NCBI GenBank assembly: GCA_036001425.1
Contig: DASYUI010000015.1
Span: forward strand, 9,520-73,519
Direction: 5' to 3'
Length of the DNA: 64,000 nucleotides
Origin: Actinomycetota bacterium
GTDB taxonomy: Bacteria > Actinomycetota > UBA4738 > CALAEC01
The notes beneath the pieces are model-generated. The model did not search any database and was not told the DNA's origin. It was given only the letters and a program-made list of their open reading frames with translations. Every line of letters begins with the position of its first letter. The first letter of the stretch is position 1. The position numbers were made by a program, and so were the translations under genes. Below are positions 26,513-36,138 of the stretch, piece by piece.

Positions 26513-26821
26513 GTGGCTGCCGCGAGGACGCCGAACCGAGGGCCAGCGCCGACCCCTGAGCAGCTCGACGCCCGATTGAGCCAGGAAGGGCTGTCGCGAC
26601 CACGGTGGTGGTCGAATGCCCCGGGCGACACCTACGGCTGGCACGATCACCCCTACCACAAGGTGCTGTTCTGTTCCCAGGGCAGCATCGTCTTTCACAC
26701 GCGCCAAGGCGACGTAGAGCTCCACCCGGGCGACCGCTTGGACATCGAGCCCGGAACCGAACATGCTGCGACCGTGGGCCCTGAGGGAGTGGCCTGCGTC
26801 GAGGCGCCGAAGTCGCGATGA
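26513..26821 (+). CDS. cupin domain protein
   Basis: 102 aa. GWHDHPYHKVLFCSQGSIVFH...GDRLDIEPGTEHAA carries the two cupin motifs. Confidence 0.6.
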   Translation: MAAARTPNRGPAPTPEQLDARLSQEGLSRPRWWSNAPGDTYGWHDHPYHKVLFCSQGSIVFHTRQGDVELHPGDRLDIEPGTEHAATVGPEGVACVEAPKSR

Positions 26822-27939
26822 CCTCCGTCGCGTTCCACGTCGACCAGGTCTTCTACGATGCCCCGGGCGGCATCGGCACGTACGTCCGGGAGCTAGTCCC
26901 CGCTCTCTCGTCGGCGGACGGCGCTCCCGATGTCACGCTGTTCCACGCTGCGTTTCCGGGCCGGCGCGGAGAGCCGTGGATGGATCGGTTCCCCACCCGA
27001 GAGCTCCCTCATGGGATCCAGCGGCTGTACCCGGAGTGGGCGCTCCTCGGACGCCCACCGCTGCCCGACGACCTGGGGGGCATGGATCTGGTGCACGCGC
27101 CATCGCCGGTTGCGCTCCCGCCGCCCGGACCCGGCCAGCGGCTCGTCGTCACCGTGCACGACCTGGCCTTCCGGGTCTACCCGCGGCTCTTCCCCGCAGT
27201 CTGGCGAAACCTGTTCCGGGCCGGCGTTCGGCGTGCGGCCAGGAACGCGGACGCTCTCATCACGGTTTCGGAGCACACCGCGCGGGACCTGGTGCGGTTC
27301 ACCCGCGCCGACCCGAACCGGGTTCACGTCGTGCCGCTGGCCGCTGCGTTGCCCGACGCCGGCGCCGACCCGGGGGACGTCGTCGACCGGTTGAAGGTGC
27401 CGCGTCCCTACCTCCTCTTCGTGGGGGTCCTGGAACCGAGGAAGAACCTCGTCCGGCTGGTGCGGGCGTACCGCCGCGCGGCGCTCGCCGGAGGGCTCCA
27501 CCATGCCCTGGTGCTGGCGGGACCCATGGGGTGGCACGCCCGGCCCTTGCTCCGGGAGGTTGCCACGCCCGGGCCCGGGGAAGTCGTACTGACCGGGCGG
27601 GTGGGGGCCCGGGAGCTCGACGCTCTGTACCGTGGAGCTTCGGCGTTCGCCTATCCGTCGCTCTATGAGGGGTTCGGTCTGCCCGTTCTCGAGGCCATGG
27701 TCCGGGGTGTACCCGTGGTCACCTCGGCGATCTCCTCGCTCCCGGAGGTCACCGGAGACGCCGCCTTGCTGGTCGAGCCCCGCTCCACCGGCCAGCTCGC
27801 CGAGGCCATCGAGCGGGTCCTGGCGGAGGAGGACCTCGCCGCGCGGCTCTCGGCGGCGGGGCGGGCCCGGGCCAGCGCCTTCTCATGGGAGCGCACGGCC
27901 CGCATGACCCTCCAGGTCTACGAGAAGGTGGTGGGGTGA
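26818..27939 (+). CDS. GT4 (group 1) glycosyltransferase
   Basis: 373 aa. C-terminal ...AFAYPSLYEGFGLPVLEAMVRGVPVVTS... is the GT4 E-x7-E region. ATGA overlap with the cupin stop. Confidence 0.85.
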   Translation: MTSVAFHVDQVFYDAPGGIGTYVRELVPALSSADGAPDVTLFHAAFPGRRGEPWMDRFPTRELPHGIQRLYPEWALLGRPPLPDDLGGMDLVHAPSPVALPPPGPGQRLVVTVHDLAFRVYPRLFPAVWRNLFRAGVRRAARNADALITVSEHTARDLVRFTRADPNRVHVVPLAAALPDAGADPGDVVDRLKVPRPYLLFVGVLEPRKNLVRLVRAYRRAALAGGLHHALVLAGPMGWHARPLLREVATPGPGEVVLTGRVGARELDALYRGASAFAYPSLYEGFGLPVLEAMVRGVPVVTSAISSLPEVTGDAALLVEPRSTGQLAEAIERVLAEEDLAARLSAAGRARASAFSWERTARMTLQVYEKVVG

Positions 27940-28898
27940 AGATCTCGTTGGTGGCCACGGTGAAGGACGCCGGCGAGCACGTCGGCGACTTCCTGGACTC
28001 CGTGCGGGCGCAGATACGGCCGCCCGATGAAGTGGTGATCGTGGACGGGGGCTCCAGCGACGGGACGCTGGAGACACTCCGGTCGGCCACCGACTTCACG
28101 TTCATCGAGGCGCCCGGGGCGAACATCGCGCAGGGGAGGAACATCGCGATCCGGGCCACCGCCCACGACGTGATCGCCGTCTCGGACGCCGACTGCGTCC
28201 TCGGTCCCGACTGGCTGGCGCACCTCGAGAGAGCCATCGAGAACGGCGCCGACGTGGCGATGGGCTTCTATCGGCCGGTCGCCCGGTCGTTCTTCGAGGT
28301 CTGCTCCGCTGCGGTATCGGTGAGGGACGAGGACGAGGTCGACCCGGAGCGATTCATGCCGTCGTCTCGGTCGGTGGCGTTTCGGCGAGAAGCCTTCGAG
28401 CGCGCGGGCGGCTACCCCGAGTGGCTCGAGATCGGCGAGGACATGTACCTGAACCACCGGTTCCGTGAGCTCGACGCGCGGATGGAGTTCGTACCCCGGT
28501 CCGTGGCCTATTGGCGGATCCGGCCGACCCTGCTCGCGATGTGGCGCCAGTACTTCCGTTACGCCGAGGGGGACGGCCTGGCGGGGATGCATCCCGAGCG
28601 GCACGCGCTCCGGTTCGGCGCGTATGGGCTTCTCGCGGGGGCTCTGGTGGCCCGACGGCGCGGCCCGCTCGCCCTGCTGGCGACGGCGGGCGTCCTCTAC
28701 GCTCGCCGCCCGCTTCGCCGGGCGTTCCGCGCGCTTGGCGGCCGCCCGATGGAGCGTGCCGCGGCGCTCGTCGCCGTCCCCGCCCTCATGGCTGTGGCCG
28801 ACGGGGCCAGAATGGCCGGGTACATCAGGGGACTGCGGCGTCGCGTGACGGGCGAGGTGCCGGCCGATTCGGTTCCTCGTGCCGACCCTCCGCGGTGA
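27936..28898 (+). CDS. family 2 glycosyltransferase with hydrophobic C-terminal region
   Basis: Trimmed to GTG at 27936 (VKISLVATVKDAGEHVGDFLDSV...VVIVDGGSSDGT...SDADC). GTGA overlap with the GT4 stop. Confidence 0.75.
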   Translation: MKISLVATVKDAGEHVGDFLDSVRAQIRPPDEVVIVDGGSSDGTLETLRSATDFTFIEAPGANIAQGRNIAIRATAHDVIAVSDADCVLGPDWLAHLERAIENGADVAMGFYRPVARSFFEVCSAAVSVRDEDEVDPERFMPSSRSVAFRREAFERAGGYPEWLEIGEDMYLNHRFRELDARMEFVPRSVAYWRIRPTLLAMWRQYFRYAEGDGLAGMHPERHALRFGAYGLLAGALVARRRGPLALLATAGVLYARRPLRRAFRALGGRPMERAAALVAVPALMAVADGARMAGYIRGLRRRVTGEVPADSVPRADPPR

Positions 28899-29998
28899 AC
28901 GACGCCCTCTCCGCGTTCCGCACCCTGTTTCCCGCGCTCGAGCGGTGGGTGTGGCTGAACACGCCAACCGTCCCGCCCGCGGCCCGTCCCGTGCTCGAGG
29001 CCTTGAGACGCGTGGAGGACGAGTGGGAGGCGGGGGACTTCTCCTGGCAGGCCTGGGAAGCCGAGGCGTACGCCACTCGAGACCAGTTCGCCCGTCTCGT
29101 CGGAGCCGCCGATGGAACGGTGGCCTTGGAGTCATCGATGGCCGAGTGCGCAGCCACCGTGGCCGCGTCGCTTCCCCCGGGCAAGGTCGTCGTCGGGGAA
29201 CGCGAGTTCCGCAGCAACCTCGCCCCGTGGCTGGCGCTGCGCCGGCGCGGATTCGACGTGGCCGAGGTCCCCGCGAAGGACGGCGTCGTCCGAACCGAGG
29301 CTCTGGCCGATGCAGTTGACCAAGGGACGGTGCTCCTTGCCGTGAGCGAGGTGCAGTCGTCCAACGGCTTCAGGGTCCGCCTTGCGGAACTCGCGCAGCG
29401 GTGCCGGGAGCACGACGCACGGCTGTTCGTCAACGCCACGCAGTCGGCCGGCGCGCTCCGCCTCGACGTGGAGGAGCTCGGTATCGACTACCTGGCGTGT
29501 CACGGCTACAAGTGGCTGCTCGCGCCGAGGGGAGCGGCGTGGCTCTACGTTCGCCCCGACCGCCTCGATGAGCTGCGACCCCTGGCGCCCAGCTGGCATT
29601 CCGTCCCCCATCCCTACGAGGACTACTACGGAGAGGCGCCGCTCGCCGAGGACGCGCGAAAGCTCGACACGTCCTGGGCGTGGTTCTCGTTCGCGGGCGC
29701 GCGGGCCGCGCTCGAACTCCATCTGTCCCTCGATCGCGCCGCGGTCGAGCAGCGGTGCCTCGGGCTCGCCGCAGCCTTCCGGGAGGAAGCGTCGCGCCGC
29801 GGCTTCGACCTGGTTCCGGAGGACGCCCCGAGCCAGATCATCGCCGGCCGCCTACCCGACGCCGACGCGGTCCGGGCGCGGCTGAAGGAACGCCGGGTCC
29901 TCGCTGCGGTCCGCGGAGGGTTCCTCCGCCTCGGGTTCCACGCCTTCAACAACGAGGACGACGTATCCGAGGCGCTCGACGCGCTCGGGCGGCCCTAG
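28895..29998 (+). CDS. class V aminotransferase / cysteine desulfurase-like PLP enzyme
   Basis: Trimmed to GTG at 28895 (GTGA overlap). ...VSEVQSSNGFRV...NATQSAG...ACHGYKWLLAPRG has the PLP-Lys context of class V fold-type I enzymes. Confidence 0.75.
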   Translation: MNDALSAFRTLFPALERWVWLNTPTVPPAARPVLEALRRVEDEWEAGDFSWQAWEAEAYATRDQFARLVGAADGTVALESSMAECAATVAASLPPGKVVVGEREFRSNLAPWLALRRRGFDVAEVPAKDGVVRTEALADAVDQGTVLLAVSEVQSSNGFRVRLAELAQRCREHDARLFVNATQSAGALRLDVEELGIDYLACHGYKWLLAPRGAAWLYVRPDRLDELRPLAPSWHSVPHPYEDYYGEAPLAEDARKLDTSWAWFSFAGARAALELHLSLDRAAVEQRCLGLAAAFREEASRRGFDLVPEDAPSQIIAGRLPDADAVRARLKERRVLAAVRGGFLRLGFHAFNNEDDVSEALDALGRP

Positions 29999-30020
29999 TC
30001 CGTCGCGCTGCTTTGGTCGG

Positions 30021-30869
30021 CTACTCGAGCTGCAGGCGCAGCAGGCGGGAGGCATTCCCGCGGAGGATGTTCTCCCGGGCCTCGTCCGAGTACCCCAGCT
30101 CCTCGAACTCCTTGAACCACCGGTCCAGGTCGATGAAGGGATAGTCGCTTCCGAACAGGGTCCGCTGGTTGAGCCGCTTCCCCGCCTCGCGAACGACCTC
30201 CGCCGGCAGGTACTGTGGCGCCCAGCCCGACAGCTCGATCCACACGTTGAACTTGTGGAGGGCGATGGCCAGGCATTCGAGGAACCACGGCCATCCGAAG
30301 TGCGCCGCCACGAAGGTGATGCTAGGGAAGTCCGCCGCCACCGAGTCCAGGAACTTCGGGTGGGAGTACCGGATCTTCGTCCCGCCGGCGCCGGGCGTCC
30401 CCGCCCCGATGCCGCACGTCCCGGAGTGGAACAGCAATACTAGCCGGACCTCCTGGACCCGCTCCCACAGCGGGTAGAACTGCTCGTCCGCGGGGTCGAA
30501 GGCCTGCATGGTGGGGTGGAACTTCAACCCCTTCAGCCCGAGGTCGGCTGCCCGCTGGATCTCGTCGAGGGCCCGCGGAGAATGCGGGTCCGCCGAGCCG
30601 AACCCCATCAGCACACCGGGGTAGCGGTCGGACAGCGTGGCCATGAAGTCGTTGCCGAGCCACGGGCGGCCCGAGGACGTCCGATCGTCCCAGTCGAGGA
30701 CCACGCCGAGGACGTCCCGCTCGGCGTATTCCTCCGCCACCTGATCCAGCGTCTTCCGCTCCACCTCTCGGCGGAAGTACTTCTCGGTTGCCTCGAGGTG
30801 AGGCCCGATGGCGCTCGCCAGCCACTCCTCGATGGGGAGGTGCACGTGCAGGTCCACGGCCCTGGGCAT
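30021..30869 (-). CDS. amidohydrolase family 2 (ACMSD-like metal-dependent hydrolase/decarboxylase)
   Basis: Trimmed to ATG at 30869 (MPRAVDLHVHLP...GLKFHP...LLFHSG...AAHFGWPW...GSDYPF), the His/Asp ligand pattern of PF04909. Confidence 0.8.
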   Translation of the reverse strand: MPRAVDLHVHLPIEEWLASAIGPHLEATEKYFRREVERKTLDQVAEEYAERDVLGVVLDWDDRTSSGRPWLGNDFMATLSDRYPGVLMGFGSADPHSPRALDEIQRAADLGLKGLKFHPTMQAFDPADEQFYPLWERVQEVRLVLLFHSGTCGIGAGTPGAGGTKIRYSHPKFLDSVAADFPSITFVAAHFGWPWFLECLAIALHKFNVWIELSGWAPQYLPAEVVREAGKRLNQRTLFGSDYPFIDLDRWFKEFEELGYSDEARENILRGNASRLLRLQLE

Positions 30870-30871
30870 CG

Positions 30872-31741
30872 CTAGCCCTTCTCCGTGTAGTCGAAGAAGC
30901 CGCGGCCGGACTTCCGGCCCAGCCGGCCTGCCTCGACCATCCGCTTGAGGAGCGGTGGCGGGGCGTACTCGGGGATCTTGAACTCCTCGTACAGGATCTC
31001 CGCGATGAACAGGGTGGTGTCGAGGCCGACGAAGTCGAGGAGCTCCAGCGGGCCCATCGGGTGGCTGAGCCCCAGCTTCACCGCGGCGTCGATGTCCTCC
31101 GCGCTGGCGAATCCCTCTTCCAGCATGCGCACCGCGCCGTTCAGGTACGGGATCAGCAGGAGGTTGACGATGAACCCGGCCCGGTCCTTCGACAGGACGG
31201 TCACCTTGCCCAGGCGCTCGGCGAACACCTGCGCGAACTCGACCGTCTCGTCGGACGTGGTCAGGGCCCGCACCAGCTCGATGAGCTTCATCACCGGGGG
31301 CGGGTTGAAGAAGTGCATGCCGATGACCTTGCCGGGGCGGCCCGTCGCCGCCCCGAGCTTCACGATGGGGATCGAGGACGTGTTGCTCGCCAGGATCACC
31401 TCGTCCCGGGTCACCCGATCGAGGGTCCGGAACACCTCCAGCTTCGCGTCGAGGTTCTCCACTACCGCCTCGATCGCCAGGTCGGCGTCGGAGAGGGCCT
31501 CGAAGTCGGTGGTCCCGGCGATCCTCCCCAGGGCGGCCTCGCCGTCTTCGGGAGAGAGCTTCCCGCGCTCGACCGCCTTGCCCACCGACCGTTCGATCCG
31601 TTGGCGGCCGCCGGTCACGAACTCGTCGGTGGCCTCGACGTAGGTGACGTCGATATCGGCCCGGGCGCACACTTCCACGATGCCCGAGCCCATGATCCCG
31701 CAGCCGATCACGCCCACTTTCCTCACGTCCCCGGGCTTCAT
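30872..31741 (-). CDS. hbd: 3-hydroxybutyryl-CoA dehydrogenase
   Basis: Trimmed to ATG at 31741 (MKPGDVRKVGVIGCGIMGSGI...ASNTSS...GMHFFNPPPVMKLIE...DRAGFIVNLLLIPY...). Confidence 0.9.
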   Translation of the reverse strand: MKPGDVRKVGVIGCGIMGSGIVEVCARADIDVTYVEATDEFVTGGRQRIERSVGKAVERGKLSPEDGEAALGRIAGTTDFEALSDADLAIEAVVENLDAKLEVFRTLDRVTRDEVILASNTSSIPIVKLGAATGRPGKVIGMHFFNPPPVMKLIELVRALTTSDETVEFAQVFAERLGKVTVLSKDRAGFIVNLLLIPYLNGAVRMLEEGFASAEDIDAAVKLGLSHPMGPLELLDFVGLDTTLFIAEILYEEFKIPEYAPPPLLKRMVEAGRLGRKSGRGFFDYTEKG

Positions 31742-31952
31742 GGGGACCACCCTAGCCGGGCCCCGCGGGAGGCGCCAAAGACGGCGATCGTTCCTCTGCC
31801 GGATGTCCCCCTCAAACCCGCCCCCCGATCGGCCGATAGACCTGAGGGGGGTCCGGGGAGAGTAGCTCGCCCGGAGTAGTCGAAGTGTTGAGCGGGAGAG
31901 CGAGCGGTCCCCCCGGAGAGACGGGAAACCAGCGGTTGGAGGCGCCCCCGGC

Positions 31953-34647
31953 ATGCGGCAGATGCATAGTGGAATCACGGCCCAGGCGGGCGGAGACCCC
32001 GTCCGCTCCCGCCTGCCCTCGCGCTCGCCGGACGGCGCGGTCTGGGACATCGCCCGGCTCCTCGTGTCGGAGAGCTCTCCGGACCGCGTGTTGGAAGCTC
32101 TGGCCAATACCCTCGACGAGCTGGTCCCCTACGACGCCCTGACCGTCTTCCAGGCCGACCTCCCCCTCCGCGTGCTTCGCCCCGTCCTGTGCCGAGACGC
32201 GTACGCGGCGGAGATCCTGGCCCTGGAGTCGATCGGCTTCGGCGAGGGCATCGCCGGAAGGGCAGTGGAGGATGGGGAACCCGCCCTGGTGAACGACGCC
32301 CATCTCGACGAGCGGGCTCTCCCGATCCCGGGAACTCCCGACGAGCCGGAGTCACTGATCGCCATCCCCCTGATCTCGCGGAGCGAGCCCAAGGGGGCCC
32401 TGTGCCTGTACCGCCTCGGGGAGTCGAACCACTTCACCGGGGAGGAGTTCGACCTGGCGATCCGGTTCGGACAGCTCGCCGCCCTCGCCCTGGACAACGC
32501 CCAGATCCGGTCGCGGCTCGAGGCCGAGGTGGTCACCGACCATCTCACCGGCCTCCACAACCACCGCTATTTCCACGAGCGGCTCAGCGAGGAGGTCCGG
32601 CGGGCCAGCCGGCAGCGGGCCGGGGTGGGGCTCCTCATCTACGACATCGACGACTTCAAGCGGGTGAACGACATCCACGGCCACCTTGCGGGCGACCAGG
32701 TCCTCCAGGCGCTGGCTGGAGTGTCCCGGGGGACCGCCCGGGCCGAGGACGTGTTGTGCCGCATCGGGGGCGAGGAGTTCGCGGTCATCCTTCCGGGTGC
32801 CGGCCTCGATGAGACCCTGGCCTTGGCGGAGCGGCTCCGGAACGCCGTCGCCGCGGCCGTGTTTCCGACCGAGGGGCGCCTCACCGTGAGCGTGGGGGTG
32901 GCCGTGACACCGGCCCACTCCTCCAGCCCCCGCGACCTCATCGCCTGCGCCGACCTGGCCCTCCTCGACGCGAAGGCGACGGGAAAGAACCGGGTCTGCG
33001 CGTTTGGCCACTGGGCGGAGGACGGCAATGCATCCGGCATCCCCGACCGAGGCGAGCTTCGATCAGTGGCACACCTGCGCCTGCTCCAAAGCCTGGCGGC
33101 CAAGCTCAATCGCTTGCACGACGTCCGGGCGATCGCCGAAGCGATCACGGTCGAGCTGCGGAGCCTGATCGACTACCACAACTGCCGCATCCACCTGCTC
33201 CAGCAGAGAGCTGCTGCTTCCGATCGCCTTTCGGGGAGAGCTCACGGAGTACCGGGGCGAGACGTTCGAGGCCCTGATCACCCAGGTTGGCGAGGGCATC
33301 ACCGGTTGGGTGGCCCAGCATGGACAGCCGTACTACTCGCCCAACACGGCCGACGACGCCATCGCGGTGCCGATCGCCGGAACGCCGGACGTGGACGAGT
33401 CCCTGCTCGTCGTCCCGCTCCGCCACGGCGATCGGGTGGTGGGGACCATCGCCTTGTCGAAGCTCGGGATCGACCAGTTCGACCAGGACGACATGCGCCT
33501 CCTCGAGGTGCTGGCATCCCACGCGGCGGTGGCGCTGGAGAACGCCCGTCTCCTCCAGATGGAACGGGAGTCTGCGGAGATCTCCGGGGCCCTCCTCGAG
33601 CTCTCCGAGGTGATGACCCGGGCCCGGAGCACCGAGGCCGTCCTCGACGACGCGCTCGCGGCCATCCCGCCCCTGCTCCACTGCGAGGAGGTCCAGGCCT
33701 GGGTCCGCGACGACGCCACCGGGGACTTCCGGATGGCCCGGTCCCGGGGGATGCCCCAGGACGTGCGAGACCGGCTCCGCGCCCTGGTGATCCCGGGGTG
33801 GGTGGGCAGCCAGCTGTTGGCCTCGGCCGAGGCGCCCTTCGTGGTGCCCGTGGACGTGATGGAGGGGCTTCCGCGGGAGTTCCCCATCTCGGAGCGCTCC
33901 CGGCCCGTCCTCTGCGCCCCCCTGCGGTGGGAGCCCGACGGCCTGGCCATCATCGCCGTCGTCGCCGGCGACGCGGACCGGACGTTCTCCCAGCGTGACC
34001 TGCGGCTCGCCGGAGGGCTGGCCGACATCGCGTCGCTGGCTCTGGGCAACGCCGGACGATTCACCGAACTGGAGCGGGCCTACGTCTCCACGATCGAGGC
34101 CCTGGCCAACGCGCTCGAGGCCAAGGATGAGTACACCGGGGACCACGCCAGGGCCCTCGCCGAGATGGCGATGGCGGTGGGCACCGAGCTCGGCCTGTCG
34201 GGCGACCGGCTCAAGATGCTGGAGCTGGCCGCCCTGTTCCACGACATCGGGAAGATCGGCGTTCCGAGCGAGATCATCCGAAAGCCCGGACCGCTGACGG
34301 CCGGGGAGCGGACCATCGTCCGGCGCCATCCCGAGATCGGCGAGCAGATCCTGGCTCCGGTCCCCTTCCTCCAGCCGATCCGGCGCATGGTCAGGGCGTG
34401 CCACGAGCGGTGGGACGGGAAGGGCTATCCGGACGGACTGCTGGGCGACGGTATCCCCCTCGAGGCTCGGATCGTGTTCGTCTGCGACGCCTATCACGCC
34501 ATGACCACGGACCGGCCCTACCGCTCCGCCCTTCCCCCGGGCGAGGCGGTCCGCCGCCTCCGCCGGGCGGCGGGGAAGCAGTTCGATCCCCACGTCGTGG
34601 AAGCATTCGTCGGGCTCCACGCGCGCGGGGGCATCCACCAACACTAG
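31953..34647 (+). pseudogene. GAF-GGDEF-GAF-GAF-HD-GYP c-di-GMP turnover protein, reading frame broken near 33207
   Basis: Frame 0 (31953-) encodes GAF plus GGDEF (RAEDVLCRIGGEEF; GGEEF at 32766-32780) and runs into a GAF start ...DYHNCRIHLLQQ. The GAF continues in the +1 frame as RELLLPIAFRGELTEYRGETFEALITQVGEGITGWVAQHGQPYY..., then a further GAF and HD-GYP (HDIGKIGVP, GKGYPDGL) to 34647. This could be a real indel or a sequencing error. Confidence 0.75.
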
Positions 34648-34694
34648 GATCTGGTACCCGCCGTCGCGTGTTACCGCGCTGGCTGGAACCGGAG

Positions 34695-35843
34695 CTAGAA
34701 GCCCCGGCCGCCGACCCCGCAGACCTCGTTGAGATAGAGGTACGGGCTCACGGCGGAACCGCCGCCCGGGTGGTACTCGAAGTGGTCGTGGGGCGGCGTG
34801 GTGGCCGCGTTTCCGGTCTGCCCGACGTAGCCGATGAGCTGGCCCTTGGTGACGTGCTGGCCGTTCACCCCGGCGAACCGGGACAGGTGGGCGTTGTACA
34901 CGTAGTCGGCGTTCGCGTCCGCGTCCACGTAAACGGACAGGCCACCAAGCCCGCCGGAGCCCTCCCGAGCGGTCCCGTTGAACGGCGCCCGGATGGGCGT
35001 CCCGGACGGGGCGAAGATGTCGTTCCCCTGATGGGTGTGGCCCACCCGAGGGAACCCGAAGTCCTCGATGTAGGACCGGGGCGCGTCGACGGGGCACCAG
35101 AAGAACGGGCCGTCCGCCGACAGGGGCGGGCCGATGTTCCCTACCCCCAGGGTCGCCGCGAGCTCACGCCGGCGACGGTCCTCGAGCACGCTGAGGACCT
35201 TCTTGGCCTCGGCGAACTTGTCGGCGATCTGGTCCTCCACACGCACCTGCGCCGCGAACTTCTTCTGGAGGTCCACGTTCTGGTCGGCCAGCTCGCGCCG
35301 GACGTCCCTCTCCTCGCCCTGGTAGCCCTTCAGGTCCACCTCGTGCTCCCGGAGCTGCTCCCGCTCCAGGTCGATGGCGATCGAGACGTCCGAGTCCTGC
35401 CGTGCCAGGACGTCGAGGAACGTGACGCGGTCTGACATCTCCGTCAGCGACTCCGCTCCCAGGATGGCCTCGAGGATGGCGGCTGGCCCCGTCACGTACG
35501 CGGCCCGGGCCCGCTCGTCCAGCCGGCCCTGGAGGGTTTCGATGTCGCGGGTCTGGCGGGCGATCCGCCGGTCCACGGTCGCCCGGCGTTCCCGAAGTTG
35601 CTCCAGATGGACTTGGGCCTGAGCGATCTGGGTGTTCAGGGCGGTGATGCTAGCCCGGATGGCATCGAGCTTGTGCCGCTCACGCTTGAGCTCGCGCTTG
35701 ATCTGCTTGACCTTGCGCTCGGCCCGACGGATCTGCTCGACCGTGGTCTTGGCCGACCCCGGCGCCACCTGGGCCAGCACGAGAAGCGCCGCCCCCATGG
35801 CGAGGGCGCGCTGGAGCGGACCGAGCCTTGATCCCCGGCTCAT
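34695..35843 (-). CDS. M23 family metallopeptidase with N-terminal coiled coil (EnvC-like)
   Basis: Signal peptide, ~230 aa of heptad-like coiled coil, then HTHQGNDIFAP...GQTGNAATTPPHDHFE (M23 HxxxD/HxH). I prefer the ATG at 35843; the TTG at 35861 is possible. Confidence 0.8.
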   Translation of the reverse strand: MSRGSRLGPLQRALAMGAALLVLAQVAPGSAKTTVEQIRRAERKVKQIKRELKRERHKLDAIRASITALNTQIAQAQVHLEQLRERRATVDRRIARQTRDIETLQGRLDERARAAYVTGPAAILEAILGAESLTEMSDRVTFLDVLARQDSDVSIAIDLEREQLREHEVDLKGYQGEERDVRRELADQNVDLQKKFAAQVRVEDQIADKFAEAKKVLSVLEDRRRRELAATLGVGNIGPPLSADGPFFWCPVDAPRSYIEDFGFPRVGHTHQGNDIFAPSGTPIRAPFNGTAREGSGGLGGLSVYVDADANADYVYNAHLSRFAGVNGQHVTKGQLIGYVGQTGNAATTPPHDHFEYHPGGGSAVSPYLYLNEVCGVGGRGF

Positions 35844-35946
35844 GCTGGTCACTATCGGCAATCCCTACCGGAACACTGAAGAAAAAGTCAACCGTCGTGA
35901 CCAGATTGACGACCTCCGGGCGCCGCTTCAAGCACCTTGGCGTTGA

Positions 35947-36014
35947 GGCCCGGCGAGGGCGCCTCGCTCGCCCGGGCCACACCCCTCGCCCCCGCTCGGC
36001 ACCCTCGCCGGGCC
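35947..36014. other. long perfect inverted repeat (13-bp arms, 42-nt spacer) in the ACAD/M23 intergenic region
   Basis: GGCCCGGCGAGGG at 35947-35959 and its exact reverse complement CCCTCGCCGGGCC at 36002-36014. Confidence 0.6.
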
Positions 36015-36138
36015 AACCTGAGCCCATGAGCGGACCGAGGGCTCCCGAGGGCTGGGCGAGGGGAAGGGGCTGGGGCCCGAGGGAGCCCCGAGGGCCGCCC
36101 AACGCCGGAAGGCGTTCTCGCCGGCCCACCAAGTCAGG

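Noticed and set aside
33195-33215. Programmed ribosomal frameshift in the GGDEF/HD-GYP gene
   Set aside because: There is no slippery heptamer and no obvious downstream stimulatory structure at the shift site. An indel at the (AG)3 run, whether biological or technical, is the simpler explanation.
33145-35097. 650-aa minus-strand ORF
   Set aside because: It is antisense to the GAF/HD-GYP gene and overlaps the M23 gene out of frame. It has no recognisable motifs.
35844-36138. ydaO/c-di-AMP riboswitch upstream of the M23 peptidase
   Set aside because: I read the sense strand for the conserved ydaO blocks as I remember them (ACAGCUAACCUCGUAAGC-like and GGGGACCCA elements) and did not find them. 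I kept it only as an unexplained structured region.
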